A stretch of 64,000 nt of DNA from an archaeon (GTDB taxonomy: Archaea; Nanobdellota; Nanobdellia; Pacearchaeales; DTIR01): contig JAZDFA010000003.1 of NCBI GenBank assembly GCA_043808285.1, positions 12,085 through 76,084 of the forward strand, read 5' to 3'. The notes beneath the pieces were generated by a model that had not been told where the DNA came from, did not search any database, and saw only the letters and a program-made list of their open reading frames with translations. Position numbers and translations under genes: made by a program. Below are positions 18,070 through 27,190 of the stretch, piece by piece. Numbering within the stretch: position 1 is the first letter of the stretch; every line of letters begins with the position of its first letter.

Positions 18070-19045
18070 GCATTTTTATGACATCTACCATTCTGCAGGA
18101 ATAGCCATATTCGTTATCGTACCATGAAAGAATTTTTACAAAATTATCACCTATCATCATTGTGCTTAATGCATCGAATATGCTTGAGTGAGGATTGCCT
18201 ATTATATCTGAAGAGACTATACTTTCTTGAGTATATTCCAGTATCCCCCTAAGATAAGTTTCTGAAGCCTTTTTCATTGATTCATTTATTGATTGTATTG
18301 ATGCAGGTTTTTCAAGTTCTGCAACAAAATCTACTATGCTACCGCAGGGAACTGGCGCCCTTATTGAAAATCCATCTAATTTGCCTTTCAAATCAGGTAT
18401 CACCTCTGCAACAGACTTACTAGCACCAGTAGTTGTGGGTATAAGAGACTCACATGCCGCTCTTGCCCTCCTAAGGTCTCTATGGGGGGAATCATGAAGT
18501 CTTTGGTCTGAAGTATATGCATGAACTGTTGTCATGAATCCTTTTTTTATTATAAAATTATCATGCAATACTTTTACAACTGGGGCAAGGCAATTAGTTG
18601 TACATGAGGCAACAGAGATAATATTATGTTCTGGCTTTAGGCTTTTGTGATTTACTCCCGGGACAATCGTTATATCTGGATTTTTTGCAGGTGCTGAAAT
18701 AAGGACTTTTTTTGCTCCAGCATTAATGTGTTTTATTGCTCCATCTCTTGAGGTAAACAAACCGGTTGATTCTACAACAACATCCACCCCTAACTGTTTC
18801 CAAGGAAGCTGTTCTGGGTCCTTCTCATTAAGAATTAGAAATTTCTTGCCATCAATTATTATAGAATTTTCTTCTGATTTTATATCCCTTGATGCTACAC
18901 CATATATTGAATCATACTTCAAAAGATAAGAAAGTGTCTTTGCATCAGCAACATCATTTATTGCAACAACATCTATCCCTTTCCTAATGCATATCTTAAA
19001 AACTTGCCTGCCTATCCTTCCAAAACCATTAATTGCTACTTTCAT
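18062..19045 (-). CDS. gap: Glyceraldehyde-3-phosphate dehydrogenase, type I (bacterial/eukaryotic type)
   Basis: MKVAINGFGRIGR, active site SCTTNCLAP, and WYDNEYGYS at the C-terminus. Confidence 0.9.
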   Translation of the reverse strand: MKVAINGFGRIGRQVFKICIRKGIDVVAINDVADAKTLSYLLKYDSIYGVASRDIKSEENSIIIDGKKFLILNEKDPEQLPWKQLGVDVVVESTGLFTSRDGAIKHINAGAKKVLISAPAKNPDITIVPGVNHKSLKPEHNIISVASCTTNCLAPVVKVLHDNFIIKKGFMTTVHAYTSDQRLHDSPHRDLRRARAACESLIPTTTGASKSVAEVIPDLKGKLDGFSIRAPVPCGSIVDFVAELEKPASIQSINESMKKASETYLRGILEYTQESIVSSDIIGNPHSSIFDALSTMMIGDNFVKILSWYDNEYGYSCRMVDVIKMLG

Positions 19046-19108
19046 TTTTCTCTCTTTTTACAATGCCTTTAATGTTGTGATATATTTAACCTTTTCTGTC
19101 TATCTTCT

Positions 19109-19278
19109 AAAAAATCATAAAGTTGCTGAATCTCACAACACCTTAAAAGCAGAGGAAATCTTAAAGATTTCCTATGCCCAAACAAAGGAAAACTAAAGTT
19201 TTCCTGTGCCCAGAAAAGCAGAAGCTTTTTGGGGGCACTGGGAATCAAAATATTCTCCACGTTAGAATGCAAGGACAT
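19109..19278 (+). repeat. Degenerate tandem-hairpin repeat array related to modules H1-H3
   Basis: aaaaatcataaag... aggaaatc-ttaaa-gatttcct (19153-19173), aggaaaac-taaa-gttttcct (19186-19205), gtgcccagaaaagc-agaa-gctttttgggggcac (19206-19238), gaatgcaagga (19265-19275). Confidence 0.6.
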
Positions 19279-19285
19279 TGATTAA

Positions 19286-20002
19286 TTAAGGCTTTAATTC
19301 CAGGAATAAAGAACCTTCTTTAAGATAATATTTTAATAGTGGCAATGAAATTGGTAGGAACTTAAAGTATGCCCTGTCTTTGCTTATCGCTTTTATTTCT
19401 ATGCTGTTGTCTAGCTTGATTACTGCAATATCCTTTATTGATTTCACACCAGGTATACTTATTTCGTAGATTACCTTATCTGTCAGCCTTCTTACTTTGG
19501 TTTCTGGCTCCTCCCTTGGAAGTTTTGAACTCTTTTCTTTCTGCTTTTGAGTCAAGTTCTTTGAAGCAATAATATTCTTTACAGGTGTCTGATTTTGATA
19601 TCCTGGCTGCATCTGCGGATGAGAAGGCATACCTCCACCAATCCTAATCTGTATGCTTATGCCTTTGGGAATGCTACCTTGCTCTCTTTTTTCTGCTTCT
19701 CCCAATTTTGAGATATCTTTTCTTGATAAAAAATCTTTATCTGCTTCTCTTAATTGTTGTCCTATCTCATTAGTAAGCTTCTTGAATATATGATTTAGGG
19801 GAAATCCCATAGACTTGCTTATATTTTCAGTAATTGCTTCAATTTCTTTAAAGGCGGGATTCTGGATTGCAGCCATTTCTTCTTCTATATTATCCAATAA
19901 ACCTTCATTCTTTTTTTCTTTCTGAGAAATCCCGCAGTATGGGCAAAATGGGAATTTTCTTGACACTTTATTCTTGCAGTTATTGCATCTCTTTTCAAAC
20001 AT
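19286..20002 (-). CDS. Zinc-ribbon protein with a C-terminal Hsp20/alpha-crystallin-like domain
   Basis: N-terminal CNNCKNKV...CPYCG. C-terminal IYEISIPGVKSIKDIAVIKLDNSIEIKA...LPISLP...GSLFLELKP resembles an ACD beta-sandwich. Confidence 0.5.
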   Translation of the reverse strand: MFEKRCNNCKNKVSRKFPFCPYCGISQKEKKNEGLLDNIEEEMAAIQNPAFKEIEAITENISKSMGFPLNHIFKKLTNEIGQQLREADKDFLSRKDISKLGEAEKREQGSIPKGISIQIRIGGGMPSHPQMQPGYQNQTPVKNIIASKNLTQKQKEKSSKLPREEPETKVRRLTDKVIYEISIPGVKSIKDIAVIKLDNSIEIKAISKDRAYFKFLPISLPLLKYYLKEGSLFLELKP

Positions 20003-20060
20003 TAATAATTAAATAGGGAAAAACTTTTAAAGGTTTGCATCTCCACTTAACCCATAAAAA

Positions 20061-20153
20061 TCATAAAAACCTTGAGTTTTACCACAGGTTTTTAGGATGC
20101 AAGGAAATCTATTAGATTTCCGGCACAGAAAATCCAAAAGGATTTTCTTGTGA
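20061..20153 (+). repeat. Intergenic modular hairpin repeat (H1 + H2 + H3)
   Basis: tcataaaaaccttgagttttaccacaggtttttaggat gcaaggaaatctattagatttccg gcacagaaaatccaaaaggattttcttgtga. Followed by another hairpin, accacac-ttctttaa-gtgtggt, at 20180-20201. Confidence 0.8.
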
Positions 20154-20209
20154 TCCAAAATTAAAACCACAAACAAAATACCACACTTCTTTAAGTGTGG
20201 TTTCAATTT

Positions 20210-20935
20210 ATGGACATGACTGAAAAAGAGGATTATTCCCAGGAAAGTATTGCAAAAAAGTATGGCATTGACATCGCTAAACTTATTACTGAACAGAATA
20301 AACTTGCCAAACTTGTCAGCCTCAAAGACTGCATGGACTTCTCTATTACTGAAAGAATTGCTGGATGTTCAAATGCATTTGAAGGCAACAAAATCATCTC
20401 TGCAATGATAATATGCAACAGAAATTTTGAGGTAATAGAGCAAAATTACCACATTGAAAAAATAAATTTCCCATACATCTCAGGTTTTAGGGCATATAGA
20501 GAGATTCCTTCAATGGTTGAATGCTTTAGAAAGCTAGAAGAAACTCCAGATGTTACATTTATTGAAGGGCAAGGAATTGCGCATCCTAGAAAAATAGGCA
20601 TAGCTTCCCATTTTGGTATTGCTATTGAGGGTGCAACAATAGGGATAACACAAAATATTCTTGAAGGAGAGATTAAAGAAGAAAAGATAATGATTGAGGG
20701 CAAGCAGGTTGGCAATTCACTTGTCAGCAAAAAGGGCAGCAGACCGATTTATATAAGCCCGGGCAATATGATCTCACTTAAAACATCCCTAGAAATAACA
20801 AAAAAATTTCTTAAAGAACCGCATAAGCTTCCAGAGCCAATTGTTCTTGCAAGAAAGTATGCAGATAAGCTTAGAGAAGAATATAAAAGCACGGCAATGA
20901 TAAAAAAGGAAAATAATTCTGATATTCTTGATTAA
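20210..20935 (+). CDS. nfi: Endonuclease V
   Basis: YISGFRAYREIPSMVECFRKL...DVTFIEGQGIAHPRKIGIASHFGI...GSRPIYISPG. ATG 20210 is preferred over the GTG 20195 in the ORF track. Confidence 0.85.
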   Translation: MDMTEKEDYSQESIAKKYGIDIAKLITEQNKLAKLVSLKDCMDFSITERIAGCSNAFEGNKIISAMIICNRNFEVIEQNYHIEKINFPYISGFRAYREIPSMVECFRKLEETPDVTFIEGQGIAHPRKIGIASHFGIAIEGATIGITQNILEGEIKEEKIMIEGKQVGNSLVSKKGSRPIYISPGNMISLKTSLEITKKFLKEPHKLPEPIVLARKYADKLREEYKSTAMIKKENNSDILD

Positions 20936-20938
20936 AAA

Positions 20939-22267
20939 TCAAGACTCTCTAAATGGATTTAATATTCTCATTATGCTATCTATCTGATTTTTTATTCCCT
21001 GTCTTGCATTAAAATGCTTGACATCTCTTACTTCAGTTATTCTGGGCAGCATTATCAGAGGCACTAAAAATCTCCCTATTGCTGAAATCATAAATAATGC
21101 AAAAAAAGGATTAAAACCCCAAATTATATTTGTGCTTAAAAATCCTCCCAGATTGGCTCCGATAAAAACCCCTGATGTGTTTATTACATTAGAGTATGCA
21201 ACACAAAGTCCCATCCTTTCTCTTGTTACTGCATCATAAATAAAATTTGATGCTGCAAGATTAAATCCTGCCCAAAAAAATCCAGCCAGCAATTGAACAA
21301 ATGCAAGATAATAAAAATTTGGAGAGAATAACCAAAGAAAAGGAAGTATCGGAATCAATAAGGATGTTATCTTCATTACCTTTACATTACCATACTTATC
21401 TGCAAACTTACCCCACATAGGCATTGAAACAAGTGTTGCCAAGACCTGAAGAGTAGTTATAATTGTAAACATTGCATAAGTGAAATTTAGGTCTTTAAGC
21501 ATATAAGCTGTAAAAAATGGAGAAGCAATATTCACTACTAATTGAAATAATCCTATAAATAACGCAAACCTCCCGAAGTTATTATAAGGCATTTTTTTGA
21601 AGAATTGCAAAAAACTAAAGTAATACTTCTTGCCCAGGCTTAATCTTGGCTCGTATTTTTTTAGAAGGTAATGCCTTGAAATTAATCTTGCAATAAATGC
21701 CACAAGGAATAAAGTAGCAAATCCTAGAAATAACTGCCTTGATGTTTTGAATGAATCCAGTAATAACCCTGCAATCAACATTGCAACCAATCCTAAAATA
21801 CCATTAATCCTATTCCTTCTTCCAAAAAATTTTCCGCTCTCTTTTTCAGGAACTAAATCTTTCATCCATGATGCCCATGAAGGAGCGATTAGTGCATTCA
21901 AAGAAATAAGAAGGACATAAGAAAGAAGAAGAGATGGTAGAACATATTGGAATCTTATGTTGACCAATGCTATCAATGCCAAGGGAAGCCACATAAACGC
22001 CTGAACTAATGCGGCAGATGTCACGATTGATTTTCTGCTGGATTTCTCCATTAGCCTAGGAGTCTTAATCTGTAATATGCTTGAAACCAGCCCTGGAACA
22101 GATGAAATAAATCCTATAAAATAATTATTTGCTCCAAGGGCTATAGCACAGGGAGAGATATACCCATTTCCTGCGCTATCCATTACAGCGTACGCTGCTC
22201 CGTCTCTTATGCTGTAATCTAGGCTTTTTTTCTTTAGCTTCTCGTCTAAATTATTTTTCTGTTCCAT
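20939..22267 (-). CDS. MFS-type transporter
   Basis: About 12 predicted TM helices, with an FGRRNR-type loop after TM2-3 (GKFFGRRNRINGILG). Confidence 0.7.
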   Translation of the reverse strand: MEQKNNLDEKLKKKSLDYSIRDGAAYAVMDSAGNGYISPCAIALGANNYFIGFISSVPGLVSSILQIKTPRLMEKSSRKSIVTSAALVQAFMWLPLALIALVNIRFQYVLPSLLLSYVLLISLNALIAPSWASWMKDLVPEKESGKFFGRRNRINGILGLVAMLIAGLLLDSFKTSRQLFLGFATLFLVAFIARLISRHYLLKKYEPRLSLGKKYYFSFLQFFKKMPYNNFGRFALFIGLFQLVVNIASPFFTAYMLKDLNFTYAMFTIITTLQVLATLVSMPMWGKFADKYGNVKVMKITSLLIPILPFLWLFSPNFYYLAFVQLLAGFFWAGFNLAASNFIYDAVTRERMGLCVAYSNVINTSGVFIGANLGGFLSTNIIWGFNPFFALFMISAIGRFLVPLIMLPRITEVRDVKHFNARQGIKNQIDSIMRILNPFRES

Positions 22268-22345
22268 TTTTTCTTGCCCTTGTCTCTTTGGAACAGATTT
22301 CTTTAGATAAATGCTGCGTTTTTAAATCTTTTTAGAAAGAAAAAA

Positions 22346-22418
22346 TGGGACCGCTGAGATTTGAACTCAGGTTGCACGCACCCCAAGCGTGAGTCCTTCC
22401 AGGCTAGACTACGGCCCC
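22346..22418 (-). tRNA. tRNA-Pro(GGG): tRNA-Pro (anticodon GGG)
   Basis: Reverse complement folds as ggggccg ta gtct agcctggaa ggac t cacgc ttGGGgt gcgtg caac ctgag ttcaaat ctcag cggtccc a. Confidence 0.85.
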
Positions 22419-22442
22419 GCAATTAAATAAGAATAAAATTGA

Positions 22443-22450
22443 TTTATAAA
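22443..22450 (-). promoter_or_regulatory. TATA box for tRNA-Pro
   Basis: The palindromic octamer tttataaa is centred about 28 nt upstream of the tRNA 5-prime end (22418). Confidence 0.5.
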
Positions 22451-22461
22451 CATTAACAGAA

Positions 22462-23211
22462 CTATCTGACCTCTCCCCAGCCCTTATTTTTCCTTCGGAT
22501 AAGATAGTTTATCTTGTTTATTATACCCATAACCCCCCACCCCAATATAACTACTCTGAAATATCCATATTTGTGGTATCTTCTTGGGGATTCGTAAGCC
22601 TTGAGATTGCCAAAAAACTTAACTTTCCCGATTCTAGATAATCTATAAATCAAATCTATATCCTCAAGAACATTGAGGTATTTATTATATCCTTTAAGCT
22701 TTTTGAAATATTTTGCTTTGATTATCTGACATTGCCCCCCTCCCCTCCCAATTCCCATCTTATTTGAGAGCAGAATAGTAAAATTGCCAAATCTATGCCA
22801 TATTTTGTCAGTAAATGTACTCTCCGAAGGATGGATATCCATGTATGGAACAGCTGCAACAATATTTTCATCATCTAATATTGAAACAATCTCATCAAAA
22901 AAATTTTTAGGGTTTTCTAAAAAAGTATCTGCATCCATAAAAACAAGAATCTTGCCTCTTGCTGCCCATGCCCCGCGGTTTCTTGAATCTGCAACAGAAG
23001 TTTTCTTGCCCTTTTTTAATATAACTCTTGCCCCATATTTTCTTGCTATGCTGACAGTTTTATCTGTACTAAAATCATCTGAAACAATTGATTCTATCTT
23101 TGTTGGGTTATTGCACCTATAGTCTGCAATCTGTTTTAAAATCCTGCCAATATACCTCTCCTCATTTAGGGAGGGGATAATAACACTTATCAACATTTTA
23201 TTATTTCTCAT
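22462..23211 (-). CDS. Family 2 glycosyltransferase
   Basis: ISVIIPSLNEERYI, SDDFSTDKT, FMDADTF (DxD). Paralogous to 37989-38696. Confidence 0.85.
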   Translation of the reverse strand: MRNNKMLISVIIPSLNEERYIGRILKQIADYRCNNPTKIESIVSDDFSTDKTVSIARKYGARVILKKGKKTSVADSRNRGAWAARGKILVFMDADTFLENPKNFFDEIVSILDDENIVAAVPYMDIHPSESTFTDKIWHRFGNFTILLSNKMGIGRGGGQCQIIKAKYFKKLKGYNKYLNVLEDIDLIYRLSRIGKVKFFGNLKAYESPRRYHKYGYFRVVILGWGVMGIINKINYLIRRKNKGWGEVR

Positions 23212-23911
23212 TATTGCCTCTTTTAAGATAATTTAAGATTATTTTTAATATCCGCTCATCAAACATCTGGACGATATGCCCGCAATCAACTGCTATACAC
23301 TTCACTTTATTGGAGGTTGCAGTCTCTGGACTGATAATCTTATCTCTTAATCCGTAAATTGCAATATATTTATTTATTGAATTTTTTCCTTTAAGTCTCT
23401 TTAATATATTTTGAGCATCTTCTAATCTATGATAGATGAATTGATCAACAAAATAAGCAAAGTCCTCTCCTTTTTTTAAAGGATTTAAAGGGCTGCAAAC
23501 AGTAATGAATTTATTAATTATTTTTTTTTCAGCTAATTCTTCAACATAACGCCTTGCTACAATGCCTCCAAAACTAAATGCAAGAAGATTGACTTTCTTC
23601 TTTCTAGTATCTCTAAGAACCTCTTTTATTCCTCTTTCTATAACCTCCGAGGATTTGGATGGATTGAATCTAAGTTCATATTCTACCGGGATTATTCTTA
23701 AGTCTTTTTTATTAAACCATCTAAGGAGTCTATAACCCGCAGCGTAATGGGGCTTTTCAACACCAAAAACCAATATGTTAACTGTATCTCCCTTCTGATT
23801 TTTTACATAAGAAAGATTCTCTTCTACAATATTATCAAATTTGTCTTTAACATTAACTGGGAATGCATAATAAAATGCGTATTTTATAGTGTTAAAAATA
23901 TGATTAACCAT
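23201..23911 (-). CDS. Alpha/beta-hydrolase (lipase/esterase-like)
   Basis: Nucleophile elbow LLAFSFGGIVARRY (A-x-S-x-G), a later DKIISPE, and GHIVQMF (candidate His). Confidence 0.65.
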   Translation of the reverse strand: MVNHIFNTIKYAFYYAFPVNVKDKFDNIVEENLSYVKNQKGDTVNILVFGVEKPHYAAGYRLLRWFNKKDLRIIPVEYELRFNPSKSSEVIERGIKEVLRDTRKKKVNLLAFSFGGIVARRYVEELAEKKIINKFITVCSPLNPLKKGEDFAYFVDQFIYHRLEDAQNILKRLKGKNSINKYIAIYGLRDKIISPETATSNKVKCIAVDCGHIVQMFDERILKIILNYLKRGNNEK

Positions 23912-23920
23912 TTTGATTGT

Positions 23921-24535
23921 TTATTTAATATTCCTTCCAATTTTATAAGCCTTTTTTATTATTCTCCTTTTTTTTACTTTTAGATTAAAAAATCTTGAAT
24001 CAGTAAAAAGAAGCTTTGCTATTATCTTAGCTCGCAAGCCATCTTTTGCATAAGCATCCATTGCTTTGAAAAATAAAGGTGTCTCATTTAAGATGAGATT
24101 AAAAGGCCATGGAACTGTACATGCTCCAAGGTAAATTATCTTTTTTCCACTCATAGAATTACTAGGACCATATCTCCAAGTGAACTTAAAACCTAAGAAA
24201 GAAATTTCTTTCATTTCCTTGAAAGAAATACCTATTTGCCTATCAAAAAAATTTTTCATTACACCAGAAACGTTCGAAAAGTATACTGGAGAGGCTAATA
24301 TAATTACATCTGATTTCTCTAACTTAGAGAAAATTTGTTGGAAATCATCCTTTATGACACACTTGCCTGTTTTTGAACATGTCCAACAACCTTTACAGTA
24401 TCCTATCCGGTAATCATAAAGATTCAAAAGTTCTGTTGAATTTTCTGCATCTCTTGCGCCAATTAAAAGATTTTTAGTAATCTCACTTAATAATCCATCT
24501 TTTCTTGCCGTGCTTACTATTGCCAAAACTTTCAT
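23921..24535 (-). CDS. Flavodoxin-like fold FMN reductase / iron-sulfur flavoprotein-like
   Basis: MKVLAIVSTARKDG..., Cys cluster CKGCWTCSKTGKCVIKDDF, and DVIILASPVYFSNVSG. Confidence 0.6.
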   Translation of the reverse strand: MKVLAIVSTARKDGLLSEITKNLLIGARDAENSTELLNLYDYRIGYCKGCWTCSKTGKCVIKDDFQQIFSKLEKSDVIILASPVYFSNVSGVMKNFFDRQIGISFKEMKEISFLGFKFTWRYGPSNSMSGKKIIYLGACTVPWPFNLILNETPLFFKAMDAYAKDGLRAKIIAKLLFTDSRFFNLKVKKRRIIKKAYKIGRNIK

Positions 24536-24547
24536 TTTAATTTCAAA

Positions 24548-26209
24548 TTATTCTATCCTTTTTTTAGATAATATGATACCCAAAGCTAAAACTACCACTG
24601 AATAAATCAAAAGAACTGTCACCTCTCCGCTTACATCGCTTAATAATGCCCCCTTCATCATTATTTCTCTCATTGCAATGTTTGCATAATAGGTTGGAGC
24701 TATTCTTGCAGCATATTGCATGTACCAAGGCATTATTTCTATTGGTGCAAATGTCTGAGAAATAAGCATGAATGGAATTATTAATCCTGGAATAAACATC
24801 AATCCTTGCCTCATATTCTCAACAAATACTGTTATGAGAATTGCTATTCCTATGCTCGCAGCTGCAAGCAATGTTAGAATTATCAAGAAAGAAAGCATGC
24901 TCAATGAAAAAAATCCTGCCTTAAAAGTTATCCCAAATAATATATTTGATACAAGAATTATATAAACTCCCTCCAATAATCCAACCATCAAAAAGAACAA
25001 GAATTTTCCAGTAAAAAGCTCATATTTTCTAATAGGTGTTGTTGAAAGCCTGTAAAATGTCTTCTTTACTTTCTCATCAATAAGATTTATAGAAACAAGG
25101 ATAACAAGAATATCAAATATTATCATAGACATAATCCCGGGGGTAAGGTAATGTATATATCTTATATCTCCAAAAATATATTCTTCCTGGTATTCCAAAG
25201 GCTTTGTGAGAAATTCCTTTTTCAAAGTTTTGAATGTAAATTCAAGCTCATCTGCTTTTTCTTTCATCTCATTATACTCTGCAATTAGCTCGTCTGTCTT
25301 TTTAGTAACTCTATTGACAATCTCCTCATATGCATTTATATCCTCTTTGAAAGAACTGATTGAATCCCTAGTTTCAGAGAGATTTATTTCCCCTAGAAGT
25401 CTCCCAGTTTCATTAAGCGAATCTGACATGTTTGAAAGCAAAATTTGCATCTGAATTATATCTGCATTTCCAGGATAATTTATTGAAAGATTTACAGTAG
25501 ATGCATAAAGGGAGTAAATATTTCTTGATATGTTAACTAAACTCTGGTTTACCCTTTCTTCAACAGCATCTTTTTTGTTGAGATCTACCCCACTTTTTGA
25601 GATATACTTCCTTATATCAGAAATAACTCCTTTTACATCATCCATCTCAGACTTAATAACATCAATCTTCCTAGACATATCATCTGATAAGTTTATTATG
25701 TCATCTCCTATGTTCTGCTTCTGATCTTTTTCTAACTCTAGATTTTCTATTATTATTGTTGCAATGCTTCTTATGGAATCCTTCATTACACCGCCTATTG
25801 CCGCCTTAAGTGTATTGTAAACAACATAATCTGAACTGTCAATATAAACTTTAATAATTGGGGTAGTAGCATTATCAAGATTGCTACCAAAACCTGGGGG
25901 GATTACTATCACGGCTCTTAATTGACTTTTATTAATCTTACTTAATGATTCTTCTATTGTAAGATTGTTAAAATTAACTATCTTAAAATAATCTGATTGA
26001 GATATTGCATCAACAACTTTTATTGAATAATTGCTGCCGTCATAATCTATCACTGATGTTGGCAGCTGAATCAGGTCTCCTTGGAATGAATATCCAAATG
26101 CAAGAAGGCTTATAAATGGGGATATCAAAAGAGAAAGGAGAAATATCTTATCCCCAGATGCATCAATCCACTCCTTCTCTATTACTGCAAGTATCCTAAG
26201 AAACATCAT
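24548..26209 (-). CDS. ABC-2 type permease with a large extracytoplasmic coiled-coil loop (YhgE/Pip-like architecture)
   Basis: One N-terminal TM, a soluble region of about 330 aa rich in heptad-like segments, then 5 C-terminal TM helices. Confidence 0.7.
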   Translation of the reverse strand: MMFLRILAVIEKEWIDASGDKIFLLSLLISPFISLLAFGYSFQGDLIQLPTSVIDYDGSNYSIKVVDAISQSDYFKIVNFNNLTIEESLSKINKSQLRAVIVIPPGFGSNLDNATTPIIKVYIDSSDYVVYNTLKAAIGGVMKDSIRSIATIIIENLELEKDQKQNIGDDIINLSDDMSRKIDVIKSEMDDVKGVISDIRKYISKSGVDLNKKDAVEERVNQSLVNISRNIYSLYASTVNLSINYPGNADIIQMQILLSNMSDSLNETGRLLGEINLSETRDSISSFKEDINAYEEIVNRVTKKTDELIAEYNEMKEKADELEFTFKTLKKEFLTKPLEYQEEYIFGDIRYIHYLTPGIMSMIIFDILVILVSINLIDEKVKKTFYRLSTTPIRKYELFTGKFLFFLMVGLLEGVYIILVSNILFGITFKAGFFSLSMLSFLIILTLLAAASIGIAILITVFVENMRQGLMFIPGLIIPFMLISQTFAPIEIMPWYMQYAARIAPTYYANIAMREIMMKGALLSDVSGEVTVLLIYSVVVLALGIILSKKRIE

Positions 26210-26229
26210 TTTATCATTTAATATTAAAT

Positions 26230-27171
26230 TTACCTGCCCCCCATTAATTCCATGAAAACATCCTGCAAATCTGGCTTTTTGACATTTATATCAAGTATCC
26301 TGCTAGACACTTTTTTTAGCTTGTTCAATACAAAGATTATATCATCTCCTATGCTGCTAGAATTAAACGAAACCCAATTGTTTGGCAATATCTTAACATA
26401 ATAAACAAGGGGTGCTAAATCTTCAAGAATCTTCTTTATCTCCTCCATATCAGCATATTCTGTAAATTGAATAGAAATCTTTTCTCCAATTTTCTTTGAA
26501 TAGTTGCTTACTACATCATAAGGCTTTCCTTCAATAACTTTTCTTCCTTTATCCATTAGGTATATGTAATCACAAACACTCTCTGCTTCTTTCAAAGAAT
26601 GGGTAGTAAGAATAACACACATCTCTCTGCTCTTGCTTTTTATGAGATTCATGATAACCTGATTTGTGTTCATATCTATACCTACTGTTGGCTCATCCAA
26701 AAATAGAACCTTTGGCTCAGCTATTAAAGCAACTCCTATTGAAGTTCTTCTTTGATACCCTCCTGAAAGATATTTTATGGGTTTATCCGCAAAATTATCC
26801 AATCCCAAAATCCTTATTATCTCCTCTACTTTTCCTGGCAGGTCATCTATATTTCTAGTATATATGCTGCCAAAAAAACCAATATTATCATAAACGCTAA
26901 GATTTTCATATAAAGAAATAGTCTGAGGGACCACTGCAATCATCTTTCTTATCTCTTCAATATCCTCTCTTAAATCATAGCCCATTATCCTTGCAGTGCC
27001 GCTTGTTGGAAGCAAAAGACCAGTAAGAATATTTATTAAAGTAGTTTTTCCTGCGCCGTTGGAGCCTAAAAGTCCGAAAACCTGGTTTTTTTCTATTTCA
27101 AAAGATATTTCGTCTACTGCAACAAAATCACCGAATACCTTTCTTATGTTCTTAACAGACATTAATGCCAT
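26230..27171 (-). CDS. ABC transporter ATP-binding protein
   Basis: Walker A GLLGSNGAGKTT, signature LSGGYQRR, Walker B VLFLDEPT. The internal ATG (MALMSVKNI) is preferred, since it removes the overlap with the upstream gene. Confidence 0.9.
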   Translation of the reverse strand: MALMSVKNIRKVFGDFVAVDEISFEIEKNQVFGLLGSNGAGKTTLINILTGLLLPTSGTARIMGYDLREDIEEIRKMIAVVPQTISLYENLSVYDNIGFFGSIYTRNIDDLPGKVEEIIRILGLDNFADKPIKYLSGGYQRRTSIGVALIAEPKVLFLDEPTVGIDMNTNQVIMNLIKSKSREMCVILTTHSLKEAESVCDYIYLMDKGRKVIEGKPYDVVSNYSKKIGEKISIQFTEYADMEEIKKILEDLAPLVYYVKILPNNWVSFNSSSIGDDIIFVLNKLKKVSSRILDINVKKPDLQDVFMELMGGR

Positions 27172-27190
27172 TTTTGCTCTTTTTTTATTT

